64,000 bases of DNA from an uncultured Candidatus Entotheonella sp. (GCA_965217185.1 OZ244252.1:2112001-2176000), one strand, 5' to 3'; shown: positions 33,337-46,052, counted from the stretch's first letter. The notes: generated from the letters alone by a model not told the origin. A program made the numbers and translations.

Positions 33337-33987
33337 ATGCACTTTGAGATCCTCGTTGAGGATGCGTCCGGCAAGACGGCCCTCGACATCCTGGTTCCGA
33401 AGATCATCGGCGGCCAACACACATTCGAAGTTCATGCTTACAAGGGGATCGGCCGCATTCCCAGAAATCTCACGAGCAGTGCCGCCGTGGGCCATCGCCT
33501 CCTGCTCGACCAACTTCCCAGACTACTCAGAGGGTACGGAAAAACATTTGCCGGGTACGCCGCCGACTATGAATCAGCAGTCATCCTGGTCTGCGATCTG
33601 GATGACAGGTGTCTGAAGGCATTTCGCCAGGAACTTTTCGACGTGCTGAATACGTGCCACCCTAAACCAGAGACCCGATTCTGCATCGCCATAGAAGAAG
33701 GTGAGGCTTGGTTGCTGGGCGACATCCCTGCGATCAAGGCCGCTTATCCCAAGGCCAGGAACGGCGTACTGAATCGTTACGAAAACGATTCCATTTGCGG
33801 TACGTGGGAGCTTCTGGCCGACGCTATCTGCGCTGGTGGCTCAAACGATCTCAAAAGCGAGGGATGGCAGGCAGTAGGCAGGGAAAAATCAGCGTGGTCG
33901 GAAAAAATTACTCCGCAGATGGACGTCGACAACAACGCGTCCCCCAGCTTCCAATACTTTCGCAAGAAGATGCGAGAGCTTACTTGA
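33337..33987 (+). CDS. DUF4276-like TOPRIM-fold partner #2
   Basis: ILVEDASG, VCDLDD, IEEGEAWLLGD, NASPSF. Confidence 0.8.
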   Translation: MHFEILVEDASGKTALDILVPKIIGGQHTFEVHAYKGIGRIPRNLTSSAAVGHRLLLDQLPRLLRGYGKTFAGYAADYESAVILVCDLDDRCLKAFRQELFDVLNTCHPKPETRFCIAIEEGEAWLLGDIPAIKAAYPKARNGVLNRYENDSICGTWELLADAICAGGSNDLKSEGWQAVGREKSAWSEKITPQMDVDNNASPSFQYFRKKMRELT

Positions 33988-34105
33988 GTACCCACACTGT
34001 ATGGACTCGCCGGTCGCTTCAACTTGGAGAACGGGTTGCGGAGCACCACGACATCTTGTAGCGACACGTGAATATCACCCGGTCTATAAGGAAAGAGGGC
34101 GGGCA

Positions 34106-34363
34106 ATGGCGAATGCAAGGGAGAACGATGTTGTATTGGGGAAAGTCGTCCAACGTGACCCTGACATCCATAGCGGTGATCTGGTGTTCACCGGTACGCG
34201 GGTCCCGGTGGACAGCCTAGTGGGCTATCTCAAAGGAGGGCATTCCATCGAGGATTTTCTCCAGGATTATCCTACGGTCGAACGCTGGCAGTTGGAGTCG
34301 TATCTGGAACTTTCGCCCCATGGACTGGATTACTTGAGAGCGCGGGATGAAAGTGCTCCTTGA
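34106..34363 (+). CDS. DUF433 family antitoxin
   Basis: DPDIHSG..VFTGTRVPV..L..G.SIEDFLQDYP. Confidence 0.85.
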   Translation: MANARENDVVLGKVVQRDPDIHSGDLVFTGTRVPVDSLVGYLKGGHSIEDFLQDYPTVERWQLESYLELSPHGLDYLRARDESAP

Positions 34364-34377
34364 TGAGGAAATTCCGA
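34347..34377 (+). pseudogene. Stub of a DUF5615/PIN-like toxin (MKVLLDEEIP)
   Basis: Typical N-terminus of the DUF433-partner toxin; runs immediately into the DUF499 gene. Confidence 0.6.
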
Positions 34378-37300
34378 ATGACAACGCAATCTTCCCGGAA
34401 GCCGTGGCACGAGGTCGTGCAACTGCGCGACGACGTGAGGAGCGGCGAACTGTCACTGGCTGTGTTTGCGGCCGACCTGTACGACGTGGTTATGCAGAAG
34501 GGCCAGCGGCCGGTGTACGAGCAGCCCGCGGAGTTCTTTGCCCTCACTTATCCCACCTACGATCTGCGGGAACTGGTCAAGGACGTGGTCCTGCGTTTGG
34601 CCGGCCAAAGCGACAAGGCGTACCGGAAGCTGTCTGTCAACTACGGCGGCGGCAAGACCCACACCCTCATTGCGCTCAGGCATCTGGTGCACGATCCGGA
34701 CGCGCTGCCGGACGTGCCGGCCGTTCAGGAATTCGAGGCGCACATCGGATTCAAGCCCCCGAAGGCCCGGGTCGCGGCGTTGTGCTTCGACAAGATCGAC
34801 GTGGAAAAAGGTGTCGAGACGCCAGGGCCGGGCGGCGTGGTCCGAATGCTCAGACGCCCGTGGAGCATTCTGGCCTTTCAACTGGCCGGGTCGGACGGTC
34901 TGCGGCTCATTCACGCCGACGGCGAGGACGCCGAGCGAGAGACCCCACCGGCTGAGCCGCTAGTGGTGGAACTTTTGTCAAAGCCGCAACGGGACGGTCT
35001 CTCCACGCTGGTGTTGCTCGACGAGGTGCTGATGTATCTCCGCGTTCAGGTCGAAACGGCTCCGGCGTTGCGCGGTCGTCTGATCAGTTTCTTTCAGTAC
35101 CTCACCCAAGCGGTCGTCAAGGTGGACCGCTGCGCGATGGTGGCCTCGCTGCTGGCCTCCGATCCCCGGAAGCATGACGCTTTTGGCAGCGAGCTGCTTC
35201 GGGATGTCTCCGAGGTCTTCGGCCGCCAGATGGAAGAAGACGCCAGCCCGGTGAGCAAGGAGGACGTGGCCGAGGTTCTGCGGCGGCGGTTTTTCAAACC
35301 TGAGTCGATTCGTGATCCCGGCGCTTTCCGTCCGCACGTGACGTCCGCCGTGGGCAGCATCGCCGTGCACGATGAGCAGACCCGGAAAGAGCGGGGGAAC
35401 ACGGAGGAGCGCTATCTCAGAAGCTATCCCTTTCATCCGGATCTGACTGAAATCTTCTACGCCCGCTGGACTCAGCTCGATGGCTTCCAGCGTACCCGCG
35501 GCATTCTGCGGACGTTTGCCATCGCCCTGCGCGATGCCGAGAAGTGGGACACCAACCCATTGGTAGGGCCGAATGTGTTCTTGAACGCGCCGGACAAAAG
35601 CGATCTGGCCGAAGCCGCAGGCGAACTTGCTTCCCTTGCCAGTGTTGACGGCGGCACCGGCAGGCATCAGGAATGGCGGCCGATCCTCGAGGGCGAACTG
35701 GTCAAGGCGCGCGCCATCCAGGCCGAGGCCACCGGCCTCCGGCACCGGGAGATGGAGCAGGCGGTCATTGCGGTATTTCTGAGTTCTCAACCGATCGGTC
35801 ACAAGGCCTTGACGCAGGAACTGATGGTACTGCTCGGAGCGACCAACCCGGACAAAATAGAACTGGAGAAGGCACTGCGTCGCTGGACCGAGCTGTCGTG
35901 GTTTCTGGACGAGGCAGAGGTCGCCACAGCGGAAACGACCGACTTGCCGAAGGCGTGGCGCCTGGGCAACCGTCCGAATCTGCGGCAGATGCATCATGAT
36001 GCTTGTAACAATCGAGTACGGCCGGCCCTCGTGGAATCGCAGCTCGTCAACGCCATCGAGAAGTTGAAGGCGCTCACCGCGGGTGCGTCCGCGGCCGGCG
36101 CAAGGGTTCACACCTTGCCGGAAAGACCTCGTGACATTGCCGACGACGGCGAGTTCCACTACGCCGTTCTTGGCCCGCAAGCAGCCTCGGAGTCTGGCAA
36201 GCCGAGTCCTCTCGCCAAGCGATTCATCGACGAGACGACCGCCGCCGACCGCCCTCGGGTCCATCGCAACGCCATCGTCCTCGCCGTGCCGTCCAGGGAT
36301 GGCCTCGACGCGGCGCGCACACGGATTCGGGAGTATCTCGGTTGGGAGGAGGTGCGCGGTCAACTCAAGGATCAACCGATCGATCCAGTCCGCGAGCAGA
36401 TGCTCACCCATGAGACGGAGACAGCGAAGCGGCGCATTCCAGAGGCGCTCCGACAGGCATACTCTCTGATTGTCACCGTCAACGAGAGCAATGGTGTTCA
36501 TGCCTTCAAAGTCGTGGTGGACGACGCGCCCTTGTTCACCACGATCAAGGCCGACAAGCGGGCCCGCATCCAGGAAACGGCTATCAGTTCGGAAGCGATG
36601 CTGCCGGATGGCCCTTATGACTTGTGGCGAGAGGGCGAGCCCTCCCGTCGGGTCAAGGATTTGGTTGGCGCCTTCGCGCAGTTCCCCAAGCTGCCCAAGA
36701 TGCTGCGCCACAGGGAAATTCTCGACACTGTAGTGCAGGGGGTTCAGCAAGGCATCTGGGTGGCGCGGGTCGTGCGTCCGGATCGAACGACCAAGACCTT
36801 CTGGCGTACCGCTGTGGACGAAACGGCGATCAAGGACCCCGGCCTGGAGGTGCTGCTTCCCGAGGCGACCACGCTGAGCGAGCTTGACCCCGAATTGATC
36901 GGCTATCAGAACCTTCCGGGGCTGTGGGTGACTGAGGAGGTCAACGTGCAGGACGTGTATGACTACTTTGCGGGCGGCCACACCGTGACGGTGCCGAGGG
37001 ATGGCTACGAAGAAACGCTTACTATCCCGAAATGCGAACCTGCTCAGGTCGAAGACGCCATTCTGCAGGCCGTCGAGCGGGGACTGGCGTGGCTGACGAA
37101 CGGACCGGCCTCCATTCTGAAAGAGTCGGTTCCCGCCGGCGTGCTTAGCGCCTCCGCGATGTTGAGACGACCACCCGAGCGGATCGACATTTCCGAACTG
37201 ACGGCCGATGCGATTCCCGACGCCTGGAAGGATGGCAAGACCAATGCCCTCGCTATTTTCACCGCGCTCTCGGCCCAGCGGGGCATAACCCTGCCCTGGA

Positions 37301-37686
37301 CCACCGTGCAGTCGGCGATAGAAGGCGGTATCCGTGCGCGATGGATTGAACTGAGCAGCAGCGACCCCGCCTCGTGGCCGTGTGAGTTGGCGAGCGCCCA
37401 GTGCGCAATCTTTCAAGTCCCATCCAGAGAAGGCGTCCGCGAAGGCGGAACAGTGCCTTACAAGCCCAAGCCGCGCGGGCTACTCAGTGCCGAGGCCATC
37501 CTGGAAACCCACGGCATCCAGGATTTGGCCGAACAGATTCCAGCCATAGCCAAGGCCGCCGTCGGCAATACTATCAGGTTCAATGTCCGCATCGAGTTGG
37601 AGGGAGAAACAGTCCCCGACGCGAAGACGGTGGAAGCCGTCAACACGCTGCTTTCCGATGTCTCTGAAGAGTTGAAGCTCGGTTGA
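34378..37686 (+). CDS. DUF499-type AAA+ ATPase
   Basis: KPWHEVV, FAADL, FFALTYPT, YGGGKTH, LLDE, VLRRRFF, SYPFHP, FQRTRGILR. Confidence 0.9.
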   Translation: MTTQSSRKPWHEVVQLRDDVRSGELSLAVFAADLYDVVMQKGQRPVYEQPAEFFALTYPTYDLRELVKDVVLRLAGQSDKAYRKLSVNYGGGKTHTLIALRHLVHDPDALPDVPAVQEFEAHIGFKPPKARVAALCFDKIDVEKGVETPGPGGVVRMLRRPWSILAFQLAGSDGLRLIHADGEDAERETPPAEPLVVELLSKPQRDGLSTLVLLDEVLMYLRVQVETAPALRGRLISFFQYLTQAVVKVDRCAMVASLLASDPRKHDAFGSELLRDVSEVFGRQMEEDASPVSKEDVAEVLRRRFFKPESIRDPGAFRPHVTSAVGSIAVHDEQTRKERGNTEERYLRSYPFHPDLTEIFYARWTQLDGFQRTRGILRTFAIALRDAEKWDTNPLVGPNVFLNAPDKSDLAEAAGELASLASVDGGTGRHQEWRPILEGELVKARAIQAEATGLRHREMEQAVIAVFLSSQPIGHKALTQELMVLLGATNPDKIELEKALRRWTELSWFLDEAEVATAETTDLPKAWRLGNRPNLRQMHHDACNNRVRPALVESQLVNAIEKLKALTAGASAAGARVHTLPERPRDIADDGEFHYAVLGPQAASESGKPSPLAKRFIDETTAADRPRVHRNAIVLAVPSRDGLDAARTRIREYLGWEEVRGQLKDQPIDPVREQMLTHETETAKRRIPEALRQAYSLIVTVNESNGVHAFKVVVDDAPLFTTIKADKRARIQETAISSEAMLPDGPYDLWREGEPSRRVKDLVGAFAQFPKLPKMLRHREILDTVVQGVQQGIWVARVVRPDRTTKTFWRTAVDETAIKDPGLEVLLPEATTLSELDPELIGYQNLPGLWVTEEVNVQDVYDYFAGGHTVTVPRDGYEETLTIPKCEPAQVEDAILQAVERGLAWLTNGPASILKESVPAGVLSASAMLRRPPERIDISELTADAIPDAWKDGKTNALAIFTALSAQRGITLPWTTVQSAIEGGIRARWIELSSSDPASWPCELASAQCAIFQVPSREGVREGGTVPYKPKPRGLLSAEAILETHGIQDLAEQIPAIAKAAVGNTIRFNVRIELEGETVPDAKTVEAVNTLLSDVSEELKLG

Positions 37687-37861
37687 GATTGGATTTCTAC
37701 CGACTGAACCGGCTTGCCAGTTAGTTCGGACAACGGCTTCATGTGAGACGACTGGCAATAATTTGATGGCCAAGAAGCCGTGCCGCTTCCTGCGCAGCAC
37801 GGGCACTTTCCACATGAGAGAAAAGCTGAGCGAAGTGGCAGCAAACTGACCCGGGCCAAAC

Positions 37862-38176
37862 TCAGTTCTCCAACACGACTTCAAAGCATTGCAGGCGGGG
37901 GTGGGAAAGGACCATCCCCTTGGGTAGGGGGTCGCCGCGGTGGACTTGGACGAAGTGGTCGGAGTGCATCCAGGCTTCGAAGGCTTCCTGGGAGGCCCAG
38001 GTGGTGTGCGAGGCGTAATGCACGGCGCCCTCGGACGTCTCGCCGCGCAGCAGGCGGAAGCTCTCGAAGCCGGGCACGCCTTGCAAGCGGCTGCGGCGTT
38101 GGCGCCAACGTTGCTCAAAGCCCTCGGCCTGATCCTCGGCCACCTGGAAATTGTTCAGCGTGATGTAGGCCATCAT
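37862..38176 (-). CDS. ABM-family monooxygenase (IsdG/HmuQ-like)
   Basis: N.F.V..FEQRW..R.S.L..VPGF, W.S.EAFEAW..S.HF..H. Confidence 0.82.
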   Translation of the reverse strand: MMAYITLNNFQVAEDQAEGFEQRWRQRRSRLQGVPGFESFRLLRGETSEGAVHYASHTTWASQEAFEAWMHSDHFVQVHRGDPLPKGMVLSHPRLQCFEVVLEN

Positions 38177-38184
38177 CCCTCCCT

Positions 38185-39129
38185 TTATTGGCCTGACGTC
38201 TCCCACACGGAGTCCACGTTGCCGTCGCCGTCGGTGTCACTCTCGACCTTATGCGGCTCGGTGCTGCCGGGCTTGAAGTGCTCCCACTGGTCCGGGCGGC
38301 CGTCGCCGTCCTGATCGTATTCGATGCGCTCCGCGTGACCGTCGGCGGCGTAATGGTGCCATTGATCGGCTTGGCCGTTGTTGCTGGTGTCAAAGGCGCC
38401 ACTGGCAAGTACGCCTTCCTTGTATTCCATCCAGGCGTGCGGCTTGCCGTCCGCGTCAAGGTTTAGCAACTCGCGGGCGGTCCGGCCCTCGCCGTCGTAG
38501 TGGATAATCCGGTCGATCTTGCCGTCGGCGTCCTCGTCGATGTCCACCTGCCCGACCTTACCGTCCGCGTAGCGGTGCCACTGATCCACCTTGCCGTTGC
38601 CGGTGTTGTCGATCTCGATCAGCGACGTAGCGCCCGAAGCATCAAACGACTGCCATTGCTCTGGCTTGCCATTGAAGTCTTGATCCAGGGCGATGCGCAC
38701 CACCTTGCCCTGCTCGAACGTCTGCCACTGGTCGGCATTGCCGTCGCCGTTGGTGTCTTTTTCGAGCCGTTCAAACTGCTTGTCGGCGCCGTAGAAAAGC
38801 TGCTGCTCGAACGTGCCGTCGCCGTCTTCGTCGCTGGCCACGCGCTGCAGGGCGCCGTCGGCGTCATACAATTCGCGCTGGTCCGCCGCGCCCGAGCCGT
38901 TGGTATCGAACTCGGCCTGCACCGCTTTGCCGTCCCGGTAGGTCACCCAGTGATCGACGCGCTCATCGTAATCGCGATCCTTCTCCAGGCGCGTCAGGGC
39001 GTCCGCCTCGTAGTATTCCCATTGATCGATCTGACCGTCGCCGTTGGTATCGAAACGCTGCACCGTTTCCGCCGCGCTTACCGGTAGGCACAATGCCATC
39101 AGCCAGACCATCGCCAGCACAACACGCAT
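38185..39129 (-). CDS. Secreted protein with ~12 DxN/DGDG-xxD-QW repeats
   Basis: Signal peptide; 22-23-aa tandem repeats. Confidence 0.85.
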   Translation of the reverse strand: MRVVLAMVWLMALCLPVSAAETVQRFDTNGDGQIDQWEYYEADALTRLEKDRDYDERVDHWVTYRDGKAVQAEFDTNGSGAADQRELYDADGALQRVASDEDGDGTFEQQLFYGADKQFERLEKDTNGDGNADQWQTFEQGKVVRIALDQDFNGKPEQWQSFDASGATSLIEIDNTGNGKVDQWHRYADGKVGQVDIDEDADGKIDRIIHYDGEGRTARELLNLDADGKPHAWMEYKEGVLASGAFDTSNNGQADQWHHYAADGHAERIEYDQDGDGRPDQWEHFKPGSTEPHKVESDTDGDGNVDSVWETSGQ

Positions 39130-39140
39130 GATTGATCTCC

Positions 39141-40175
39141 TCACTTGTCTTCAATCTTATAGGCAATAGGTACTTCCACTAGGAGCTCACGACGCCGAAT
39201 GTCGGACGGAAAGGGCGGCAGTTGGCCAACCCGCTTCAAGGCTTGCTTCGCGGCGTCGCCGAACGAGTCGTGGCCGGTGACCTTGACCACTTCCGCGCCG
39301 ACCACCTCCCCGTCCTGGCGCACGGTGAAGCGTAGCACGACTTGGCCGCTCAGCCTTCTGCGCTCGGCGACCCTCGGATAACGCTTGTGGCTTTCCAGCT
39401 TCTGAAAAACATGACCGAGGTAGGACTGAATGGCGTCCTGCTCCTGCTTGGCTTGGAGCCGTTCCTGTTCGGCCTGCGCCTGCAAAACCGCTGCCGGGGA
39501 GGCTTGGCGCGGTTGTGACTGAGCGGTCACGCGGGTCGGCACTGGCGCCACGGTTTGCGGCACGGCCGCGGCCACGCGGCTCGGCGCCTGCCTGCCGGTC
39601 GTCTGGGTGGCGGTTTGCGGTGGCGGCTCGACCGGTGCAATTTCCGGGCGCGGCTGATGCTCCTGCACGACAACGTGTTCACGTGGCGCGATGGTGCGGG
39701 GCTTGCGCTGTTCCTGCGGCTTGGGAATCACGGGTTTGACCGGCGTCGGAGCCACTTGTGGTTTTACGATTTGCTCGGGCCGCGTTTCCACCCGTCGCCG
39801 CGTCTGCATGGCAGCGCGCTGCTGTAATTCCGGCGGCTTCGGCACCACGGGCTGCACCACCGGCACCGGTGCCACCGGCGGCTCGACGGTGTGTTCGGGC
39901 AGGGTCTCCACTCGCTCAATCGGCTTGGGGGTTTGCAAGTCTGCCAAGGGTTCGATCGGCGCCGGCTCGATGGGTATCGGCTCGGCGACGGCAACCTGGG
40001 TCAGCATGGGAACGGTCGTCGGCACCGGCTTGGCGAAGCGCACGACGTAGCGTGTCAGGCGGTAGATATCGGGGGGACTGTCAAACAGGTGGGGCAGGCC
40101 GGTAATGGCCAAGCCGTGCAGGAGGATCGAAAACCCGACCATGAGATACAGCGGCAGCCGACTCGCGTCGGTCAT
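39141..40175 (-). CDS. tonB: TonB family energy transducer
   Basis: N-terminal TM with SxxxH, Pro-rich linker, YPRVAERRRLSGQVVLRFTV. Confidence 0.88.
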   Translation of the reverse strand: MTDASRLPLYLMVGFSILLHGLAITGLPHLFDSPPDIYRLTRYVVRFAKPVPTTVPMLTQVAVAEPIPIEPAPIEPLADLQTPKPIERVETLPEHTVEPPVAPVPVVQPVVPKPPELQQRAAMQTRRRVETRPEQIVKPQVAPTPVKPVIPKPQEQRKPRTIAPREHVVVQEHQPRPEIAPVEPPPQTATQTTGRQAPSRVAAAVPQTVAPVPTRVTAQSQPRQASPAAVLQAQAEQERLQAKQEQDAIQSYLGHVFQKLESHKRYPRVAERRRLSGQVVLRFTVRQDGEVVGAEVVKVTGHDSFGDAAKQALKRVGQLPPFPSDIRRRELLVEVPIAYKIEDK

Positions 40176-40603
40176 TGGCTGGCCCCTCCCGATTCCGGCT
40201 GTGTTTCGATGGTGAGCTGGGTGGCCCCCGCCCCTTTGACGGCGTCCATGACCTTGACGAAGTACCGGAAGGCGCTCTGCTCGTCGGCGCGCACCATCAC
40301 CGGCACTTCCGGGTCCTCGGCGACCGCCGCCTCGATGCGCCCTTGCAACTCCTCAAGCGGCACGAACGTCTTGTTGATGAACACGTCGCCGTCGCTGCTG
40401 ACGGAAATGGTGAGGATATCGTTCTGCGCCGCCTCGGGTTCGCTGTGCGCCGCGTCCGGCAGATCGACCTCCAGCGTCGGTTGCACGAACACCGAGGCCA
40501 GCAGAAAGAAGATCAGCAGCAGTAGCATCACGTCGAGCAGCGGCATGATGCTCGGCCCGGACACCACGCTGCGCTGGGCTTGCTCCTCGCTGAGGTTAAG
40601 CAT
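40172..40603 (-). CDS. exbD: ExbD/TolR
   Basis: IMPLLDVMLLLLIFF, VDLP, VRAD. Confidence 0.9.
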   Translation of the reverse strand: MLNLSEEQAQRSVVSGPSIMPLLDVMLLLLIFFLLASVFVQPTLEVDLPDAAHSEPEAAQNDILTISVSSDGDVFINKTFVPLEELQGRIEAAVAEDPEVPVMVRADEQSAFRYFVKVMDAVKGAGATQLTIETQPESGGASQ

Positions 40604-41264
40604 CAATGGACTCCGATTCCGGGCGGCCCAACAAGCGGATGAGGGCGGTGCTGAAATAGTCCATTTCAAAGGCGCAGCGCTTGACGCGCTGGTCCAGGGC
40701 GTAGTGGAAGATCACCGCCGGGATGGCCACGCTGAGGCCGGCGCCGGTGGTGAGCAGCGCTTCCCAGATGCCGTTGGCGAGCATGCTCGGGTTCACCGCC
40801 CCCTGCGCCGCCGCCACCTGCTGAAAGGCCTTGATCATGCCGACCACCGTGCCCAACAGGCCGAGCAGCGGCGCCAGGCCGGCGAGCAGGCTGAGGGCCG
40901 GAAGCCGCAGGTTGAGCAGGCGCAATTCCCGCCTCGCCTCCATCACGGCAGCTTCCTCCAGGTCGGCTTTTTCCCGGGACTGCGATTCCAATACAGCGCG
41001 CAGCACCGCGGCCAGGGGGCCGCGGAAGAAGCGCACATGGGCATAAGCGCCGGCCATGTCATCGCTGGTAATCATCTCCTCGACCGGGCCGAACAGCGCT
41101 TCCGTATTGGTGCGGGCGCGCCGGAGGCGCACCCACCGTTCGAGGGTTATCGACAGCACCAGCACCGAGCACAGCAGCAGCAGGTACATCAGGCTGCCGC
41201 CCTTGCCGAGAAAGGCCCAGCCGGCTTGCCAGTCGATGCCTTGCCAAATATCCGTCCACGACAT
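40596..41264 (-). CDS. exbB: MotA/TolQ/ExbB
   Basis: APLLGLLGTVVGMI, GIWEALLTTGAGL. Confidence 0.92.
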   Translation of the reverse strand: MSWTDIWQGIDWQAGWAFLGKGGSLMYLLLLCSVLVLSITLERWVRLRRARTNTEALFGPVEEMITSDDMAGAYAHVRFFRGPLAAVLRAVLESQSREKADLEEAAVMEARRELRLLNLRLPALSLLAGLAPLLGLLGTVVGMIKAFQQVAAAQGAVNPSMLANGIWEALLTTGAGLSVAIPAVIFHYALDQRVKRCAFEMDYFSTALIRLLGRPESESIDA

Positions 41265-41306
41265 GGTGCGGTCCCCTGTACGGGAGGGCGGGCGATTGCC
41301 GCGCGT

Positions 41307-43841
<2,535 letters not shown>

Positions 43842-44123
43842 TGCTTCCTCCCTGTGGCCTTGCAGGACTAGCACACTCCAGCCGCCGGGCCATCGGCACA
43901 CGGGATGGAGTTATGCTATCGTGGCACGCCTTCAGTATGGTGGGGTGGGTTGACTTCCTTGATCGTCAAGCAGCGCTTGAACAAAGGCCGAAACTGGCCA
44001 GCCTTTCTTGGGGGCCGCGTGCCGTGTGAGAACGAAGCGAACGGCACATTTCCAAAACGACCACCGGTATGGTTCCGGTCAGTATAACGTATCTTGCCAA
44101 CGCATGGTAGAAGGAGAACGACC

Positions 44124-44885
44124 GTGATCATACGCCCGAATCGGGTGAAAGATCGACTACGCCAGGGTCTGCACGCCCTGTGCTTTGCGGCCTGGGGGTA
44201 TAGCGGCGCCGACCACCTGGAACGCCTGGCTCCGGCGAGTCCGGACGGCGTCTGGCTTGAGGGCGAGCACGGCGACGCGAGCTTCTCCGACCTCGCCAAC
44301 CTGACGCGCGCCATCGACCTGATCGGCGCCACGCCCATCATTCGCGTGCACCAGAACGAGGCGGGCGTCATCTACCGCTGCCTCGACCTCGGCGCCATGG
44401 GCATCGTGGTGCCGCACGTCAACAGCCGCGCCGAAGCGGAAGCGGTGGTGCAGGCGGGCAAGTTCTGGCCGATCGGGAAGCGCGGCTCCTATACCAGCCG
44501 GCAGGGCATCGGGGTGCCGGATTACCACAATCTGGCGAACGACCAGACCATGCTGATCGTGCTGATCGAGGACGTAATTGGGGTGGAAAACCTGGACGAG
44601 ATTCTCGACGTGGAGCACATCGACGTGTTCTTCGTGGCCCCCGGCGACCTGGCGCAGACCATGGGCCTGCCGGGCATGGCGGGCGACGCGCGCGTGCAGA
44701 AGGTGGTGGACGAAACGCTGGCCCGCATCGTGAAGCGCGGCCGGACCGCCGGTGCCCTGGTGACCGAGGCCAGCGCCGCGCACCTGTACGACGTGGGGGT
44801 GCGCTTCTTCATGTCCGGCCCTGCCACGTGGATTGAGGCCGGCTTCAAGCAACTCGACCAGGCTGCTGCGGGAGGTGGGGCATGA
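44124..44885 (+). CDS. HpcH/HpaI aldolase family #1
   Basis: EGEHG, LDLGAMGIVVPHV, VLIED, APGDL. Confidence 0.9.
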   Translation: MIIRPNRVKDRLRQGLHALCFAAWGYSGADHLERLAPASPDGVWLEGEHGDASFSDLANLTRAIDLIGATPIIRVHQNEAGVIYRCLDLGAMGIVVPHVNSRAEAEAVVQAGKFWPIGKRGSYTSRQGIGVPDYHNLANDQTMLIVLIEDVIGVENLDEILDVEHIDVFFVAPGDLAQTMGLPGMAGDARVQKVVDETLARIVKRGRTAGALVTEASAAHLYDVGVRFFMSGPATWIEAGFKQLDQAAAGGGA

Positions 44886-45658
44886 GACAGATCAGAGCGA
44901 ACCGCGCCAAACAGCGCTTGGCCGCCGGCCAGCACGTCATCGCCATCGAGGGGCTGAACCACCCGGATTCCATCGAGCGCCTGGCGCCGCTGCAGCCGCA
45001 GGCGTTCTGGCTGGAGGGCGAGCACTGGATCGCCTCGCCGACGAACATCGGCGACCTGACCCGCGCCTGTGACGTATCGGGCAGCACCTCCATCGTGCGT
45101 GTCGGCCGCGCTGAAAAGCAGCTCATCTATCACGCCCTCGACCTCGGCGGTCAGGGTATCGCCGTGCCGCACGTGTCCACCGCCGAAGACGCCGCCCGCG
45201 TGGTCGATGCCGCCAAGTTCGCGCCCATCGGCCACCGCGGCATCTACATCAGCCGCCAGGGTATCGACGTGCCGGATTACTTCCAGAGGGCAAATGATGA
45301 AACGCTGGTGGTCGTGTTCATCGAGGACGCCGAGGCGCTGGACAACCTCGACGCCATCCTGGAAGTGGACCACATCGACGTGTTTTTCGTGGGACCGGGC
45401 GACCTGTCGCAGGCCATCGGGCATGTCGGCGAGTTCACACATCCGGCGGTCAGCAAGGTAGTGGACGACACCATCCGCCACATCATCGACCGCGGCCGCA
45501 CGGCGGGCACGGTGGGATTCCAGGACAACATGGCGCACGTCGCCGAAGTCGGGGCGAAGTTCTTCCTGTGCGGGGCGACGTCGTGGGTTCTGCGGGGGTT
45601 CAACGACCTGCGGGGCGCGCTAGAGGGAATTGAGCGCCAAGCTGCTGGGTCGAATTAA
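44882..45658 (+). CDS. HpcH/HpaI aldolase family #2
   Basis: Paralogue of #1; EGEH, FIED, GPGDL; ATGA overlap. Confidence 0.9.
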   Translation: MRQIRANRAKQRLAAGQHVIAIEGLNHPDSIERLAPLQPQAFWLEGEHWIASPTNIGDLTRACDVSGSTSIVRVGRAEKQLIYHALDLGGQGIAVPHVSTAEDAARVVDAAKFAPIGHRGIYISRQGIDVPDYFQRANDETLVVVFIEDAEALDNLDAILEVDHIDVFFVGPGDLSQAIGHVGEFTHPAVSKVVDDTIRHIIDRGRTAGTVGFQDNMAHVAEVGAKFFLCGATSWVLRGFNDLRGALEGIERQAAGSN

Positions 45659-46052
45659 ATGCCGGTTGCCTGGGATGGCGAAGATAAGGAATGACTGACG
45701 TTGGCAAGTATTTTTGTGGTGATTCTCAGCGAGTTGCGCGGAGTGGGCCGCCGGCATGTCAGTCGTCGACGATTTTCCCTTCGATGTTCACTCATATATG
45801 GATCGACCATCTGATTGATTGACATACGAGCCACTTGCAAAACCCTAACGGAACGTCGAGAGCGAAGTATTCGGATTTGATATTTGGGGATGTTTCGGCA
45901 TCGGATACGTCGTCAGGGCATCTGCAGCACTTCTCAGCGGCCACAATCCAGCGACAATGAGGTTTCCTTGACGGTGTATGAGCAAACCTGTCCGGTGTGG
46001 CCCTGCCGAGACAGGACGCCTGCAAGAGGTGAGGGGTGGAAGCAAGTCGGTT

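Noticed and set aside
34978..37416. Long antisense ORFs (812 aa here; also 2388-4517, 10050-12053, 17496-19733, 39891-41651)
   Set aside because: Shadow frames of high-GC genes with no recognisable motifs
38185..39129. DNA-level repeat array
   Set aside because: The periodicity is explained by protein repeats with divergent codons
43850..44120. Cobalamin riboswitch or Fur box upstream of the TonB receptor
   Set aside because: No recognisable B12-box or GATAATGATAATCATTATC-like sequence
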